A stretch of 64,000 nt of DNA from the NCBI GenBank assembly GCA_964648105.1, contig CAZYMH010000001.1:15999-79998 (forward strand), in the 5' to 3' direction. Below, piece by piece: positions 28,998-39,677 of the stretch. This stretch comes from an uncultured Candidatus Saccharibacteria bacterium. GTDB lineage: Bacteria > Patescibacteriota > Saccharimonadia > Saccharimonadales > 2-12-FULL-41-12. Both the position numbers and the translations under genes were made by a program. The notes under the pieces were generated by a model. It had not been told where the DNA came from and ran no database searches. It saw only the letters and a program-made list of their open reading frames with translations. Positions within the stretch are counted from its first letter, which is position 1; each line of letters opens with the position of its first letter.

Positions 28998-31816
28998 CTC
29001 AATAAAACTTTTTTCAAAAATTTACCAGTATAAGACTTTGAGTTTTTGCTAACTTGTTCAGGTGTGCCTTCGGCTACAATTTCGCCGCCACCAAAGCCGC
29101 CTTCGGGCCCCATGTCGATCACATGATCAGCTGATTTTATAACGTCGAGGTTATGTTCGATAACAATCATACTATTACCTGTATCGACTAATTTATGTAA
29201 AACATGTAATAGTTTGTCGACATCAGCCATATGCAAACCTGTAGTCGGCTCATCGAGAATATATAAAGTTTTGCCTGTTGGGCGGCGAGACAGTTCGGTA
29301 GCAAGTTTGATTCGCTGTGCCTCGCCGCCACTTAGCGTAGTTGCAGATTGCCCAAGACTAATATAGCCCAGTCCAACATCAACTAAAATTTGTAATTTTC
29401 GGGCAATCGATGGGATGTTTTCAAAAAATTCATGAGCTTGCTCGCAGGTCATAGCCAAGACATCACTAATTGTTTTACCTTTGTATTTTATCTCTAGAGC
29501 TTCACGGTTGTAACGTTTGCCCTTGCATTCGTCACAAGTAACGTAAACATCGGGCAAAAAATGCATTTCAATCTTAATTATTCCATCGCCTTGGCAATTT
29601 TCGCATCGTCCACCACGCACATTAAAACTAAACCGACCAGCACTATAGCCACGAATTTTGGCTTCTGGCAGGCCGGCAAATAGTTCCCGAATTGGTGTAA
29701 ATAAACCAGTGTAAGTGGCTGGGTTGGATCGAGGCGTTCGCCCGATTGGCGACTGATCAATCACGATTACTTTATCTAATTCTTTTATGCCTTGAACTTC
29801 GTCATGCCGCCCAGGGTTGGTATGAGAACGCATCAATCGAGCTAATAATTCTTTGGACAAAATATCGTTAATAAGACTAGATTTACCCGACCCAGAAACA
29901 CCACTAACTACAACTAATTGGCCTAGCGGTATATCAACTGTAATGTTTTTTAGATTATTTTCTCTAGCTCCAACAATCGTTAACTTTTTGCCGTTGCCAG
30001 TGCGACGTTTAGCAGGGACATTAATTTTTAGGTCACCGTTTAAGTATTTACCTGTAATTGATTTGGAGTTTTTCATAATTTGCGAGGGTGTTCCTTTAGC
30101 GATAATCTCTCCACCATGGATACCAGCCCCTGGACCAATATCCAACACAAAATCAGCAGTTCGAATTGTGTCTTCGTCATGTTCGACCACTAAAACTGTA
30201 TTACCTAAATCACGCAAGTGAGTTAATGTGGCAATTAAACGCTCATTATCGCGTTGATGAAGTCCAATTGATGGTTCATCTAAAACATACAAAACTCCTT
30301 GCAATCCAGAGCCAATTTGGGTGGCTAAGCGAATTCGTTGAGCTTCACCGCCGCTTAAACTAGCTGCACTACGAAGAAGATTGAGGTAATGCAAACCTAC
30401 ATCGACCAAAAAATTAAGTCGCGAATTCACTTCTTTGAGGATTTGTTTGGCGATTTTTTCTTGGTTGGTATCGAGCTTGATATTTTTGAAAAATTCAACG
30501 GCTTCGTTAATCGACTTTTCACAAACATCCATAATCGATAAACTATTGATGGTGATTGCCAAAACTTCAGGTCGTAGCCGTCGTCCTTGACAAGCATGAC
30601 ATGGACGCTCTTGCATGAATCGCTCTATATCTCGTCTCATAAAATCGCTATCTGTTTCTTTGTATCTTCGCTCTAAGTTTGGTATCACACCTTCATAAGT
30701 TGTATCAAAATATCGGCCTGTGCCAAGTTTGATTGTGTATTTTTCGTTGCCTGTGCCGAACAAAATTTTATCTATGTCTGATTGGGAAAGTTCACTAGTT
30801 GACACATTCAAGCTAAAGCCGTATCGACTAGCCACAGCTTGCATTTTTTTCATATACCAAGCGTCTGAATTCACGCGGTTAAATGGTCGAATCGCTCCTT
30901 CGCTAATTGTTAATTTACCATTTGGGATTACTAGTTCAGGGTCTACTTCCAAGCGATTACCGAGTCCAGTACAGGTAGGACAAGCACCAAATGGACTGTT
31001 AAAGCTAAAGGTTCTTGGCTCTAGTTCAGGAATTGTGATTTCGGGATGATCGATACAAGCATACATCAAACTGTAAGCGTGTTCATTATTATCATCGACG
31101 TTACTAACCACCAATTTACCGCTGGCTAGTTCTAAAGCTTGTTCGATACTTTGAGTCAATCGACTCTGGCTATCAGCATCATTGACTAGTCTATCAACTA
31201 CAATTTCGATATTGTGCTTATAATTTTTATCAAGTTCTGGCCATTCATCTAGAGCATAAACCACATTATCGACTCTTGCTCTAACAAAGCCTAGTCTCTG
31301 GTATTGCTCAGGAATATGCTCGAATTGACCTTTTTTACTCATTACAATTGGTGCCAAGATCATCAGTCTGGCGTTTTTATCAATACTAGCCACTTGGTCA
31401 ACAATCATCGTCGGCGTCTGGCGTGATACTTCTTTGTTACAAACAGGACAATGCGGCACACCAATTCGGGCATATAAGAGTCGTAAATAATCATATATTT
31501 CTGTGACTGTGGCCACCGTACTTCTAGGATTTCGGCTAGTCGACTTTTGATCAATGCTAATTGCTGGGCTGAGGCCGTCGATCTGTTCGACATCAGGTTT
31601 TTCCATAAGCCCTAAAAATTGACGAGCGTAGGCACTCAAACTTTCGACGTAACGTCTTTGGCCTTCAGCATAAATTGTGTCAAAAGCTAAGCTCGATTTG
31701 CCTGAGCCACTTAGACCCGTCATAACTACTAATTTATTACGGGGGATGTCAACCGAAACATTTTTCAGGTTATGTTCTTTGGCACCGCGAACAGAAATAA
31801 ACTCACTCATAGACAC
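28994..31816 (-). CDS. uvrA: excinuclease ABC subunit A
   Basis: 940 aa with two ABC ATPase modules ([18 protein letters not shown]; LSGGEAQR twice) and zinc-finger cysteines ([24 protein letters not shown]...CDECKG). Confidence 0.95.
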   Translation of the reverse strand: MSMSEFISVRGAKEHNLKNVSVDIPRNKLVVMTGLSGSGKSSLAFDTIYAEGQRRYVESLSAYARQFLGLMEKPDVEQIDGLSPAISIDQKSTSRNPRSTVATVTEIYDYLRLLYARIGVPHCPVCNKEVSRQTPTMIVDQVASIDKNARLMILAPIVMSKKGQFEHIPEQYQRLGFVRARVDNVVYALDEWPELDKNYKHNIEIVVDRLVNDADSQSRLTQSIEQALELASGKLVVSNVDDNNEHAYSLMYACIDHPEITIPELEPRTFSFNSPFGACPTCTGLGNRLEVDPELVIPNGKLTISEGAIRPFNRVNSDAWYMKKMQAVASRYGFSLNVSTSELSQSDIDKILFGTGNEKYTIKLGTGRYFDTTYEGVIPNLERRYKETDSDFMRRDIERFMQERPCHACQGRRLRPEVLAITINSLSIMDVCEKSINEAVEFFKNIKLDTNQEKIAKQILKEVNSRLNFLVDVGLHYLNLLRSAASLSGGEAQRIRLATQIGSGLQGVLYVLDEPSIGLHQRDNERLIATLTHLRDLGNTVLVVEHDEDTIRTADFVLDIGPGAGIHGGEIIAKGTPSQIMKNSKSITGKYLNGDLKINVPAKRRTGNGKKLTIVGARENNLKNITVDIPLGQLVVVSGVSGSGKSSLINDILSKELLARLMRSHTNPGRHDEVQGIKELDKVIVIDQSPIGRTPRSNPATYTGLFTPIRELFAGLPEAKIRGYSAGRFSFNVRGGRCENCQGDGIIKIEMHFLPDVYVTCDECKGKRYNREALEIKYKGKTISDVLAMTCEQAHEFFENIPSIARKLQILVDVGLGYISLGQSATTLSGGEAQRIKLATELSRRPTGKTLYILDEPTTGLHMADVDKLLHVLHKLVDTGNSMIVIEHNLDVIKSADHVIDMGPEGGFGGGEIVAEGTPEQVSKNSKSYTGKFLKKVLLS

Positions 31817-31845
31817 TTAATTATACCAAAAAGCTAATATTAAGA

Positions 31846-32562
31846 CTAAATTAAACTAGATGTTCGCTCGAAGTATTCTTGCAATGGACCTAGCGTAGCT
31901 GAAATCTCTCGACCAAACATATACCTACTAGTGTCCCGAATCAAACTACTCATTGCTACATTGGCTACCAAAAATGGTAAAGTCGGAGTCCACTCGTTGC
32001 CACGGTAATTTGGAGGATAGATCTTGCGATTAGTCAATACTCCATCGATAATCATTCGTTCGTTTAATAGGGCGTCGACAACTTCAGTTGGTTCAGGCAA
32101 TAACGCAAGACCACTCCGTGATTGTTTTTCGCCTTTGAACTCGATCGGCACAAGTCCGAAAAATTTAATTTGTTTGCCCACCATAGAATCCGCAATCTCG
32201 CTACCATAAATTTTTCTACCAATTTCTTGAGTTGCCCCACGCCAGTTATTTTCGGATATTTTATTATGTTTGTGAGTTTCGGCAATAACTTCGCGGTAAC
32301 CTACCACGACTAATTTACCCTTGTCTTGGTTAAATGGACTAAAGTCAATCGATGCTCGACCTAATCTCAATGCACCCTCTTCAAAATCCTTCATTTCAGC
32401 TTCGACATCCGAGAAAAAATCCATGGCTCCAGTCGAAAAATTTAATCTATGAAAAAGTCCAAACCGTCGCTCAGCTGATGTATCATGATTTTCATTTCCG
32501 ATATCTCGTGGACCTCTTCTTCCACGTTGTCCTTTATTGCCTCTAATCGCTCCTCGTCCCAT
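31846..32562 (-). CDS. hypothetical protein with Arg/Gly-rich N-terminus
   Basis: 238-aa ORF starting MGRGAIRGNKGQRGRRGPRD. No motif recognised. It lies 29 nt upstream of uvrA on the same strand. Confidence 0.55.
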   Translation of the reverse strand: MGRGAIRGNKGQRGRRGPRDIGNENHDTSAERRFGLFHRLNFSTGAMDFFSDVEAEMKDFEEGALRLGRASIDFSPFNQDKGKLVVVGYREVIAETHKHNKISENNWRGATQEIGRKIYGSEIADSMVGKQIKFFGLVPIEFKGEKQSRSGLALLPEPTEVVDALLNERMIIDGVLTNRKIYPPNYRGNEWTPTLPFLVANVAMSSLIRDTSRYMFGREISATLGPLQEYFERTSSLI

Positions 32563-32627
32563 ATCTTCTCCTAATAATTTCTAATTGCAGTATACCTTAT
32601 AAAATCGATTTTAGTATACTAAAGGAT

Positions 32628-33056
32628 ATGAAGAAAAATGATCATAGTTTAGCGAAGCGAGTTTTGATCGATATTGCTGGTTTTGGCCTGATTGTTATAT
32701 CGCCGTTTATTGGTTGGCTACCTGGTCCAGGCGGAATTGCTGTTTTTTTGGCTGGACTTGGGTTGTTATCGATAAATCACCAATGGGCCAAAAATTTAAT
32801 CGATCAATTCGAAAATAATCGACAAAAATTCGAAGCCAAATATCTAAATAACAATCCCAAAGTCGCTCGAACTATCGATATTTTGTGTATGGTTTTGATA
32901 ACACTTTCAATAATTGCAGTTTATAGCTTAGACAACAAATTACTTAGATATATCTCGATTGGCCCTGGTAGTTTGGGCTTAATTTTACTAATCCTCAACC
33001 AAAATCGTTTCGATAAATTTTTAAGATTCTTAAAATCAAAGCTTAAGCACGAATAA
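32628..33056 (+). CDS. small membrane protein, PGPGW-motif family-like
   Basis: 142 aa with AAAGGA RBS. GWLPGPGGIAVFLAGLGLL resembles the PGPGW transmembrane family. Two to four TM helices. Confidence 0.6.
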   Translation: MKKNDHSLAKRVLIDIAGFGLIVISPFIGWLPGPGGIAVFLAGLGLLSINHQWAKNLIDQFENNRQKFEAKYLNNNPKVARTIDILCMVLITLSIIAVYSLDNKLLRYISIGPGSLGLILLILNQNRFDKFLRFLKSKLKHE

Positions 33057-33131
33057 AATATACTTGCTTTTTTTGCTAAATTTATGCATAATTCGCTTAA
33101 ACTTTAACTAAATTTATTGCGGGAGCGAACA

Positions 33132-33314
33132 ATGTGGCAATACATAGTGCTAGGTCAAATACCTGGTACATCAATTTACATCTCTTTTTATGATTGGCTT
33201 AGCCTTATAACATTTCTTGGTGGATGTTATATTTTATACAAAGTGCTTTCGCCAACCAAAAAGCTAAAAAATTATCGACGAACTCAAGCTTTGATCAGCC
33301 AAATATCAATTTAA
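33132..33314 (+). CDS. small hypothetical membrane protein (60 aa)
   Basis: ATG at 33132 preceded by GGGAG 6 nt upstream. MWQYIVLGQIPGTSIYISFYDWLSLITFLGGCYILYKV contains one hydrophobic helix. The 3' end overlaps the convergent sbcB by 9 nt. Confidence 0.4.
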   Translation: MWQYIVLGQIPGTSIYISFYDWLSLITFLGGCYILYKVLSPTKKLKNYRRTQALISQISI

Positions 33315-34727
33315 ATCTAATTCGATTAAGCTTTGGGCATAAAGGCTCAACTCTTCTAAAACGTATTGTTTTTCAGGAGTTAATTTTTGGTTAGCGAGTT
33401 CATTTAACCTTGCCGAAAACCTTGGTGCTTGAGCAGCTATTTTTTGGTTTTTGTAATCTAGCCAATTTTTCTGCTCATCATCCGATAAATATTTGGGGTA
33501 GTTGCGAGCTTTGTATAATTTCCATAAGTTTTTTAGACGTTCATCTGTAAAATTTTGATAAAAATTATCAGTTTTAACGCTCTCGTCACTGCGTGCTTGA
33601 GTGAATAACTGTTTATCGTGATTATTTATAAACCCATCGTACAACTGTCCGTCAACATCCTTTTGATCATTAATAAACTCAGCTTGCCTTGAAGTGGTTT
33701 GCAGTTCGTAGGCCTTTAAATATTTATTGCTTATGGTGTTTCTTAAGTCGGTTAGTTTTTGATAATTACTTTTTATTGTATCGAGGTTGATGTTTAACCT
33801 CTCTTGATCGGGCTTGGTTAATACGCTGAGCGGGGCAATTGCTGGACAACGATTAGGCTTGAGCAACTTGATTGGCAGCGGCAAAATTTCGTCATCATCT
33901 GCCCATGACATCCGCTTATTTAGCTCTTCAATTGATAATTCGGCAACTAGTTCTGGGTCATTACTAAGATCAAAAACTAAAAATCCCTGATTTTTCACTT
34001 CGCCTATTACAGTAACTAACGCCAATTTTTCGCTATTTGACGAGTACCTGCCACTAACATAGGCAAAAATTGGATTGTTATTTACAAATTCGCTAACGCT
34101 TTTTTTGGTTCTTAGATTAAGCAAATAATTAAATAATTTTGGTTGCTTAGTCTTGATCATTTGTGCCACTGCAATGGTTGCCGTAACATCACTTAAGGCG
34201 TCGTGAGCATCAGCGTGATCAAGTTTGTTGAGCGAACTAAGTAGTTCCAAGCGATTCGACGCTTTGCCATCACTAGCAAACGGCCATTTTATGCCATCAG
34301 GTCTTAAAGCACGAGTGATTCGCACCAAATCAAGTACATCCCAGCGACTTGTGCCATCCTTCCATTGCCATTCATAGGCATCATAAAAATTACGGTACAT
34401 GCCAAACCGCATAAATTCATCATCGAACCTTACCGAATTGAAACCAACGAATATGGTATCTGGCGTAAAAATTTCGTTATAAAAAATCCGAAAAAATTCA
34501 GCTTCACTCATGCCTTCTGCAAGTGTTTTTTGTGGAGTAATACCTGTTAGCAAAATTGCATCTGGCTCGGGCAAAATATCCTCGGTAAGCTTAATATAAT
34601 AATTATAAGCTTGCCCAATCGGTTTTAGATTCATGTCCGTTCTTTGGCCAGCAAATTGCATAATTCGCGAGCTGTAAGGACTCACACCACTGGTTTCTAA
34701 GTCATAAAAGAAAAAACTTTTAGCCAT
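33306..34727 (-). CDS. sbcB: exodeoxyribonuclease I
   Basis: 473 aa. The N-terminal DEDDh exonuclease has FFFYDLETSGV, NSVRFDDEFMR and AHDALSDV, closely paralleling E. coli ExoI (FLFHDYETFG, NNVRFDDEV, AHDAMADV). Similar overall length. Confidence 0.85.
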   Translation of the reverse strand: MAKSFFFYDLETSGVSPYSSRIMQFAGQRTDMNLKPIGQAYNYYIKLTEDILPEPDAILLTGITPQKTLAEGMSEAEFFRIFYNEIFTPDTIFVGFNSVRFDDEFMRFGMYRNFYDAYEWQWKDGTSRWDVLDLVRITRALRPDGIKWPFASDGKASNRLELLSSLNKLDHADAHDALSDVTATIAVAQMIKTKQPKLFNYLLNLRTKKSVSEFVNNNPIFAYVSGRYSSNSEKLALVTVIGEVKNQGFLVFDLSNDPELVAELSIEELNKRMSWADDDEILPLPIKLLKPNRCPAIAPLSVLTKPDQERLNINLDTIKSNYQKLTDLRNTISNKYLKAYELQTTSRQAEFINDQKDVDGQLYDGFINNHDKQLFTQARSDESVKTDNFYQNFTDERLKNLWKLYKARNYPKYLSDDEQKNWLDYKNQKIAAQAPRFSARLNELANQKLTPEKQYVLEELSLYAQSLIELDLN

Positions 34728-34750
34728 ACTGTTAGTATAACTTACTACGA

Positions 34751-35416
34751 CTAATATTTTTTGTTAGCTTGCACCAGAGTTAATGAATAGCCACCTAGCC
34801 TTCGCTCAATATTTAGCTGTCTAAAAACATCGAACAATGAAACTTCAAGTATTCTATTACCAGCTCGGAAATCTTCTATATCTCGCTCGGCAATAATCGG
34901 CAAATCCTCTTCTGTAAATATACCTTCATAGTCAGATTGCTCAGTCATAACATCAATATATCTATCTACATCTCCCGAGTTTAAGGCCTGATAAAGTGCT
35001 TCTTGCTCTGTATCTTCTAATCCTGGAACAATTCGTATTGAAGCAATTGATACTTCTTCTCTGTCGGGATAGCTTTGTCTAATTAAATCATCAATCATAT
35101 TTAATTGTGTAGCAGCAAAGGCAAAAGCATTTCTCTCTGTGGGACTGAAATGCATATTGTCAGCATTTTCATCCAAATTATCAGCAACTAATCCTAGCTC
35201 AGAAACTGACTGTGTATTTATAAAATGTTCACCTAAATCTGAGTAAAATGGTTGATCCTCTTCTTCACTAAATTCATGCCATTTCTTAAATCTATCAAGT
35301 GCATAAATAGAAGGAATTTTGACTAATTGTCGCCCAATTTGAGCCACTGCCCGCACATACTCAGGCTTTAGCTGATGATCACCAATTTCGATATGAGCAG
35401 GTATAATTTCTGACAT
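34751..35416 (-). CDS. acidic hypothetical protein
   Basis: 221-aa D/E-rich ORF with no motif recognised. It sits between obg and sbcB on the same strand. Confidence 0.55.
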   Translation of the reverse strand: MSEIIPAHIEIGDHQLKPEYVRAVAQIGRQLVKIPSIYALDRFKKWHEFSEEEDQPFYSDLGEHFINTQSVSELGLVADNLDENADNMHFSPTERNAFAFAATQLNMIDDLIRQSYPDREEVSIASIRIVPGLEDTEQEALYQALNSGDVDRYIDVMTEQSDYEGIFTEEDLPIIAERDIEDFRAGNRILEVSLFDVFRQLNIERRLGGYSLTLVQANKKY

Positions 35417-35457
35417 AACAACTATATTATACCAGTTTTAGCTAATTAATACAACGA

Positions 35458-36741
35458 TTAGTATAACAGTGGGCCGAAGGCACAGTTTTGGCCAAAAAAA
35501 ACTTTGTTGTCTGGTTCGATTGCTTGACGTTCTAGTTCATGCATAATACCCATCTTTCGCATAATATCGCGTAATCTATCGACGCCAGCAAAATTATCAA
35601 AATCTGTTTGCGAAGCAAATCGTTCAATTTTACGACCAGTAATCAGATAGTAGTCGTTTTGTTTCTTTATTTCCCAGCGGTTAGCGGTAGTCGGCAAGCT
35701 AATTACCTCCATAGCCTCAGGCACTATTTGCTTTTTTGAAGCTTGCTGGTTTGCTTTATCGACTGCCTTGTTTACTTCGTACAATAACTCTTTAAGCCCC
35801 TGACCACTGCTAGACGAGATTGCCATTAATTTGGCTTTTTTAGTCAGCGAAGTATTTAATTTATTAATCTGATCCTTAACAATTTCATTATCAAGACCTT
35901 CGATTTTGGTCAAAACAATAATTTCTGGACGTTTTGATAAATCGATTTTATAGTTCTCAAGTTCGTTTCGAATAATTTTGTAATCGCCAGCAACATTTTC
36001 ACTGTAAGCATCAATTAAATGAACTAAGACTTTTGTGCGTTCGACATGTCTCAAAAATTCATCACCCAAGCCTTTGCCCTCACTAGCCCCCTCAATCAAA
36101 CCAGGTATGTCGGCGACTAAGACTGATGTATTTTCGTCGATTTTGGCCACACCTAAATTAGGTTTGATAGTAGTAAATGGGTAATTAGCAATCTCTGGTG
36201 TAGCGTTGGTGATTCTGGATAGTAAGGTCGATTTACCAGCATTAGGTAGGCCAATTAGCCCAACATCGGCAATTAATTTTAGTTCAAGATCTACCGACAG
36301 TTCTTGGCCAGGTTCGCCTTTTTCGGCGACTCGTGGGGCTTGGCGTCGACTACTTACAAAGTGAGCATTGCCAAAGCCTCCACGCCCACCATAAGCGACA
36401 ATTACTTCTTGTTTTTCGCTCAGTATGTCACCGATTAATTGGTCAGCTTCATTATAAATTGCCGTACCAACTGGTACATCAACTTTTAGATCTTCGGCTG
36501 ACTTACCATGTTTTTTACGTTTTGAGCCAGGTGAGCCATTTTTGGCGAGCAATTCTTTTTGGTATCGAAAATTAGCGAGTGTGTTGGTGCGATTCGAGCC
36601 AATCAAAATTACATTGCCACCCCGACCACCATCGCCACCATCTGGACCGCCTTTATCAATGAACTTTTCATGCCGAAAACTAACTGCACCATTTCCACCA
36701 TCGCCAGCTTTAATCGACACCTTAACTTTATCTACAAACAT
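35458..36741 (-). CDS. obg: GTPase Obg/CgtA
   Basis: 427 aa. N-terminal Obg fold MFVDKVKVSIKAGDGGNGAVSFRHEKF. The G domain has GLPNAGKST, DIPGLIEGA and TKIE. C-terminal OCT-like extension. Confidence 0.95.
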   Translation of the reverse strand: MFVDKVKVSIKAGDGGNGAVSFRHEKFIDKGGPDGGDGGRGGNVILIGSNRTNTLANFRYQKELLAKNGSPGSKRKKHGKSAEDLKVDVPVGTAIYNEADQLIGDILSEKQEVIVAYGGRGGFGNAHFVSSRRQAPRVAEKGEPGQELSVDLELKLIADVGLIGLPNAGKSTLLSRITNATPEIANYPFTTIKPNLGVAKIDENTSVLVADIPGLIEGASEGKGLGDEFLRHVERTKVLVHLIDAYSENVAGDYKIIRNELENYKIDLSKRPEIIVLTKIEGLDNEIVKDQINKLNTSLTKKAKLMAISSSSGQGLKELLYEVNKAVDKANQQASKKQIVPEAMEVISLPTTANRWEIKKQNDYYLITGRKIERFASQTDFDNFAGVDRLRDIMRKMGIMHELERQAIEPDNKVFFGQNCAFGPLLY

Positions 36742-36786
36742 TATTAATTTATTATAGATTAATATTAGCCATTGTTTAAATCGAAT

Positions 36787-37848
36787 TTAGTATATAAACA
36801 TGAAATTACTAAACTCGCTAGGAGTAATAGTACGATAAGTTACCCGACCCCAAATCGGATAATTCATATCAGATACCAAGAAGGTGCCATCACCATTATC
36901 TTTTTCGACAAAAGCAACATGTCCAAGTCCACCAATATTTTTATGCCACAAAACAGCCCCAGCTTGAGGTGTACTGCCAGTCGGTATACCAGCCGCTCTA
37001 GCTAAGCTCAGCCAAGTGTTGGCGTTGCCTAAATTACTCGGGATTGGTCGACCAATTTCTTTACGTCGATTGGCAGCGTGCCAGGTACACCAACCATAGT
37101 CATAGCCGTTATTTCCATAGACAGGAGCTGAACCAAATGCAAAACGTGATGAATAACTAGCAACTGGGCTTTCCGCACGAGCTGTTCTAACAGCAACTGG
37201 CTCAGACGGAGCTACACCATCGGGTACAACAATCCGATCACCAACCGTAAAGCTATTACTGACTTCGGCATCATTAAAAACCACTAAATTGTCTTTATTA
37301 GTGCTGTATCGACTCGCGATCGATTGAGGTGTATCGCCTGCTTTAACTGTGTAGACAAGCCCATTAACAGGGCTGATTATAAGTTTTTTGCCAGCCTCGA
37401 CCGCGTCTCCACGAATATCATTAGACAGGCGTATAGTGTCGGCTGATATGCCAAACTTGCTAGCTACAGAAGTAATTGTGTCACCCTGAACAGTGACGTA
37501 TTCTTTTATGTCTTTTTTAGACTTTAGACCAGCACCGACAATTTGAGGCTTGGTAACTACAGCTTTATCAACGCTTGTGACAGCTAGTTGTGCATTAGCC
37601 GAGTCGGCATTGTTAACAACTGCTACCGATTCTGACAAACCTGTTATCCGAGCGACATTAACCGCTACATCGGCTGACGAAACTTTATCGATAGGTTTTT
37701 GTAACTTAGAATCACTAGCATTAGATTCGTACAATATTCCCGTTTGCTCACTATTTTTTGCTGATAAAACTTTCGACGACGAAACAGAGTTGGAATTCAT
37801 CGCAATCAAGGTTACACCAACAATCAAGAATACATTAAAGCATACCAA
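36787..37848 (-). CDS. peptidoglycan hydrolase with two LysM domains and a C-terminal CHAP domain
   Basis: 353 aa from a TTG start. LysM repeats are YTVQGDTITSVASKFGISADTIRLSND and YTVKAGDTPQSIASRYSTNKDNLVVFND. The CHAP domain has GWCTWHAANRR and GHVAFVE. The true start may be upstream (see findings). Confidence 0.85.
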   Translation of the reverse strand: MVCFNVFLIVGVTLIAMNSNSVSSSKVLSAKNSEQTGILYESNASDSKLQKPIDKVSSADVAVNVARITGLSESVAVVNNADSANAQLAVTSVDKAVVTKPQIVGAGLKSKKDIKEYVTVQGDTITSVASKFGISADTIRLSNDIRGDAVEAGKKLIISPVNGLVYTVKAGDTPQSIASRYSTNKDNLVVFNDAEVSNSFTVGDRIVVPDGVAPSEPVAVRTARAESPVASYSSRFAFGSAPVYGNNGYDYGWCTWHAANRRKEIGRPIPSNLGNANTWLSLARAAGIPTGSTPQAGAVLWHKNIGGLGHVAFVEKDNGDGTFLVSDMNYPIWGRVTYRTITPSEFSNFMFIY

Positions 37849-38161
37849 TCCCCACCTTACGATGCGTTTCTTAGTACGTTTATTTAGTTTAAGCTGAGGG
37901 CTATTTAGCCCTTTTTTACTTGTTTTACCACTTCGATTAAGTAGTGGCCGAACAATTAAATTTGATTTACTAATACAATTCTCCCGACACTTACTACTAC
38001 TGTAGAAATGTCTAAGACCTTACATAAGTGAGTTTAGTTATATATCTGAAGCCGCAAAAAAATGTGAGGCTTCGTTTAATTAATAAAAATGCACTTACTA
38101 AGGACAGCATCTAAAAAATGAAAATATCTACTTTTAATAGATACTGTACCTATAATTGTAT

Positions 38162-38188
38162 CAAAAAACTTGGATAAATTCAAGTTTT
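38162..38188 (-). terminator. rho-independent terminator downstream of mltG
   Basis: Minus strand AAAACUUG-AAUUUAUC-CAAGUUUU followed by UUGA. It begins about 36 nt after the mltG stop. Confidence 0.55.
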
Positions 38189-38223
38189 AACCCACTTTTT
38201 GTGGTGTTTTACGCGTCGGGAGC

Positions 38224-39246
38224 TTAGTTTCCGCACTGTTTAGTGCAGTATTTTTTGATATTGGCTTCGTGATCTTCTAGAGTTTTTGAAAAATGAGTTC
38301 GTTTGTCATCACCAGATACAAAATATGTCCAATCAGTTGAAGCTGGGTAAGCCACAGCATCGATAGAACTTTTTGTAAAATTACTGATTGGCCCAGGGGG
38401 TAATCCTGAGATTTTGTAAGTGTCATAGGCTGGATTTTTCTTAGAATATTCATCTGTGGCGTTAGACTCTAATCTCATACCCTCTTTTAGACGTTTCAAG
38501 AAAACTTGTGCCACAATTGGCCTATCTTCATCTGTCGGGACTTCGTTCTCGATAATTGACGCGATAGTTATAGCTTGGTGCAAATTAAGCCCTTGTTTGG
38601 TTATTGCTTGGCGAATATCGGGCGACAAGACTTTATGAGTTTCGTCTAAAGACAGAGTAATTATCTTTTCTAAAGACGTATCGGCTGTTTTTTGGAAGGT
38701 TTCGGGGTATAAATAGCCTTCTAAGCTTGCATTTGAAGGTTTATCAGTTAGGGCAGGGTCATTTTGATATAGCTCTGGTTTTAGAGCCGCTTCAACTTGA
38801 GCCTTACTAAAGCCTGACTCTTCGAATTTTTGAGCAATTTGCTCTAAATTTTTGCCAGGTAATATTGTAATCAAATCGGTGGCCACCTTTCCGCTAGATA
38901 TTAATTTTACAATTTCTTGAACAGATTGATTCTCGTCAATCGCATAAGTTCCTGCTTTGAGTTGATCACGGGCTTGAGCTTGCCGAACGTACCACTCGAA
39001 CGCCCAATTACTCCTAATCGCCCCTTTGTCAGCTAATTTTTCAGCAATTTGTGATGGCGTACTGCCTGTTTCGATGGTTATATAATGAATTTTGCTAGTT
39101 TGGCTAACTGGACGCAAATTCTGAACATAAGAGCGTCTCACAAAATATGCCACACTAATCATGGCGATTAAAACAACGGTTATCAAGCTAGGGATTAGAT
39201 AAGATGGTAATTTGGAGCTTTTTTTATTAATTCTTCTGAAAATCAT
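38224..39246 (-). CDS. mltG: endolytic murein transglycosylase MltG (YceG-like)
   Basis: 340 aa with an N-terminal TM anchor, a LysM-like subdomain and the conserved catalytic region ASIIENE ... YDTYKISGLPPGPISN. Confidence 0.9.
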   Translation of the reverse strand: MIFRRINKKSSKLPSYLIPSLITVVLIAMISVAYFVRRSYVQNLRPVSQTSKIHYITIETGSTPSQIAEKLADKGAIRSNWAFEWYVRQAQARDQLKAGTYAIDENQSVQEIVKLISSGKVATDLITILPGKNLEQIAQKFEESGFSKAQVEAALKPELYQNDPALTDKPSNASLEGYLYPETFQKTADTSLEKIITLSLDETHKVLSPDIRQAITKQGLNLHQAITIASIIENEVPTDEDRPIVAQVFLKRLKEGMRLESNATDEYSKKNPAYDTYKISGLPPGPISNFTKSSIDAVAYPASTDWTYFVSGDDKRTHFSKTLEDHEANIKKYCTKQCGN

Positions 39247-39265
39247 CGATTTATCCTATTTATAG

Positions 39266-39676
39266 TTATTTTATCAAATATTCGTTTAATATAAAGCAGG
39301 CCGCAACTGAGTCTTGGTCGGTTGAACTTAATTTATGGGTTTTGATATATTCATCGGCTCGTTTCGAGCTGAGAGTTTCGTCGGCAAACTCGATTGGAAT
39401 ATCGAATTTAGACTTTAGTTGTGTGGCAAATTGGCGTATTTCGGCTGATTGCCCAGTTTCACGGCCATCTAAATTTCGTGGTAGGCCAATAATTATCATT
39501 CCAACGTCTTGCTGCTTGATAATTTCGCTAATATTATCCCAAATATGCTCGTCATTTTTAAGATGATTTAGCGGTTCGGGCAGCTGAGCAATAGCGTTTG
39601 CTCGTGCTACACCAATCCGACTCTGGCCAACATCTAATGCCAGAAATGTTTTTTCGGCTGCCATTGGAGACGTCAT
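39266..39676 (-). CDS. ruvX: Holliday-junction-resolvase-like pre-16S rRNA nuclease YqgF/RuvX
   Basis: 136 aa. FLALDVGQSRIGVARAN and IIIGLPRNLDG match the YqgF family. Confidence 0.85.
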   Translation of the reverse strand: MTSPMAAEKTFLALDVGQSRIGVARANAIAQLPEPLNHLKNDEHIWDNISEIIKQQDVGMIIIGLPRNLDGRETGQSAEIRQFATQLKSKFDIPIEFADETLSSKRADEYIKTHKLSSTDQDSVAACFILNEYLIK

Positions 39677-39677
39677 T

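Noticed and set aside
37898-37917. Plus-strand GC hairpin (GGGCT-ATTT-AGCCC) followed by TTTTTT
   Set aside because: It looks like a small intrinsic terminator, but there is no plus-strand gene upstream. It lies inside the possible N-terminal extension or leader of the minus-strand LysM-CHAP gene, and its significance is unclear.
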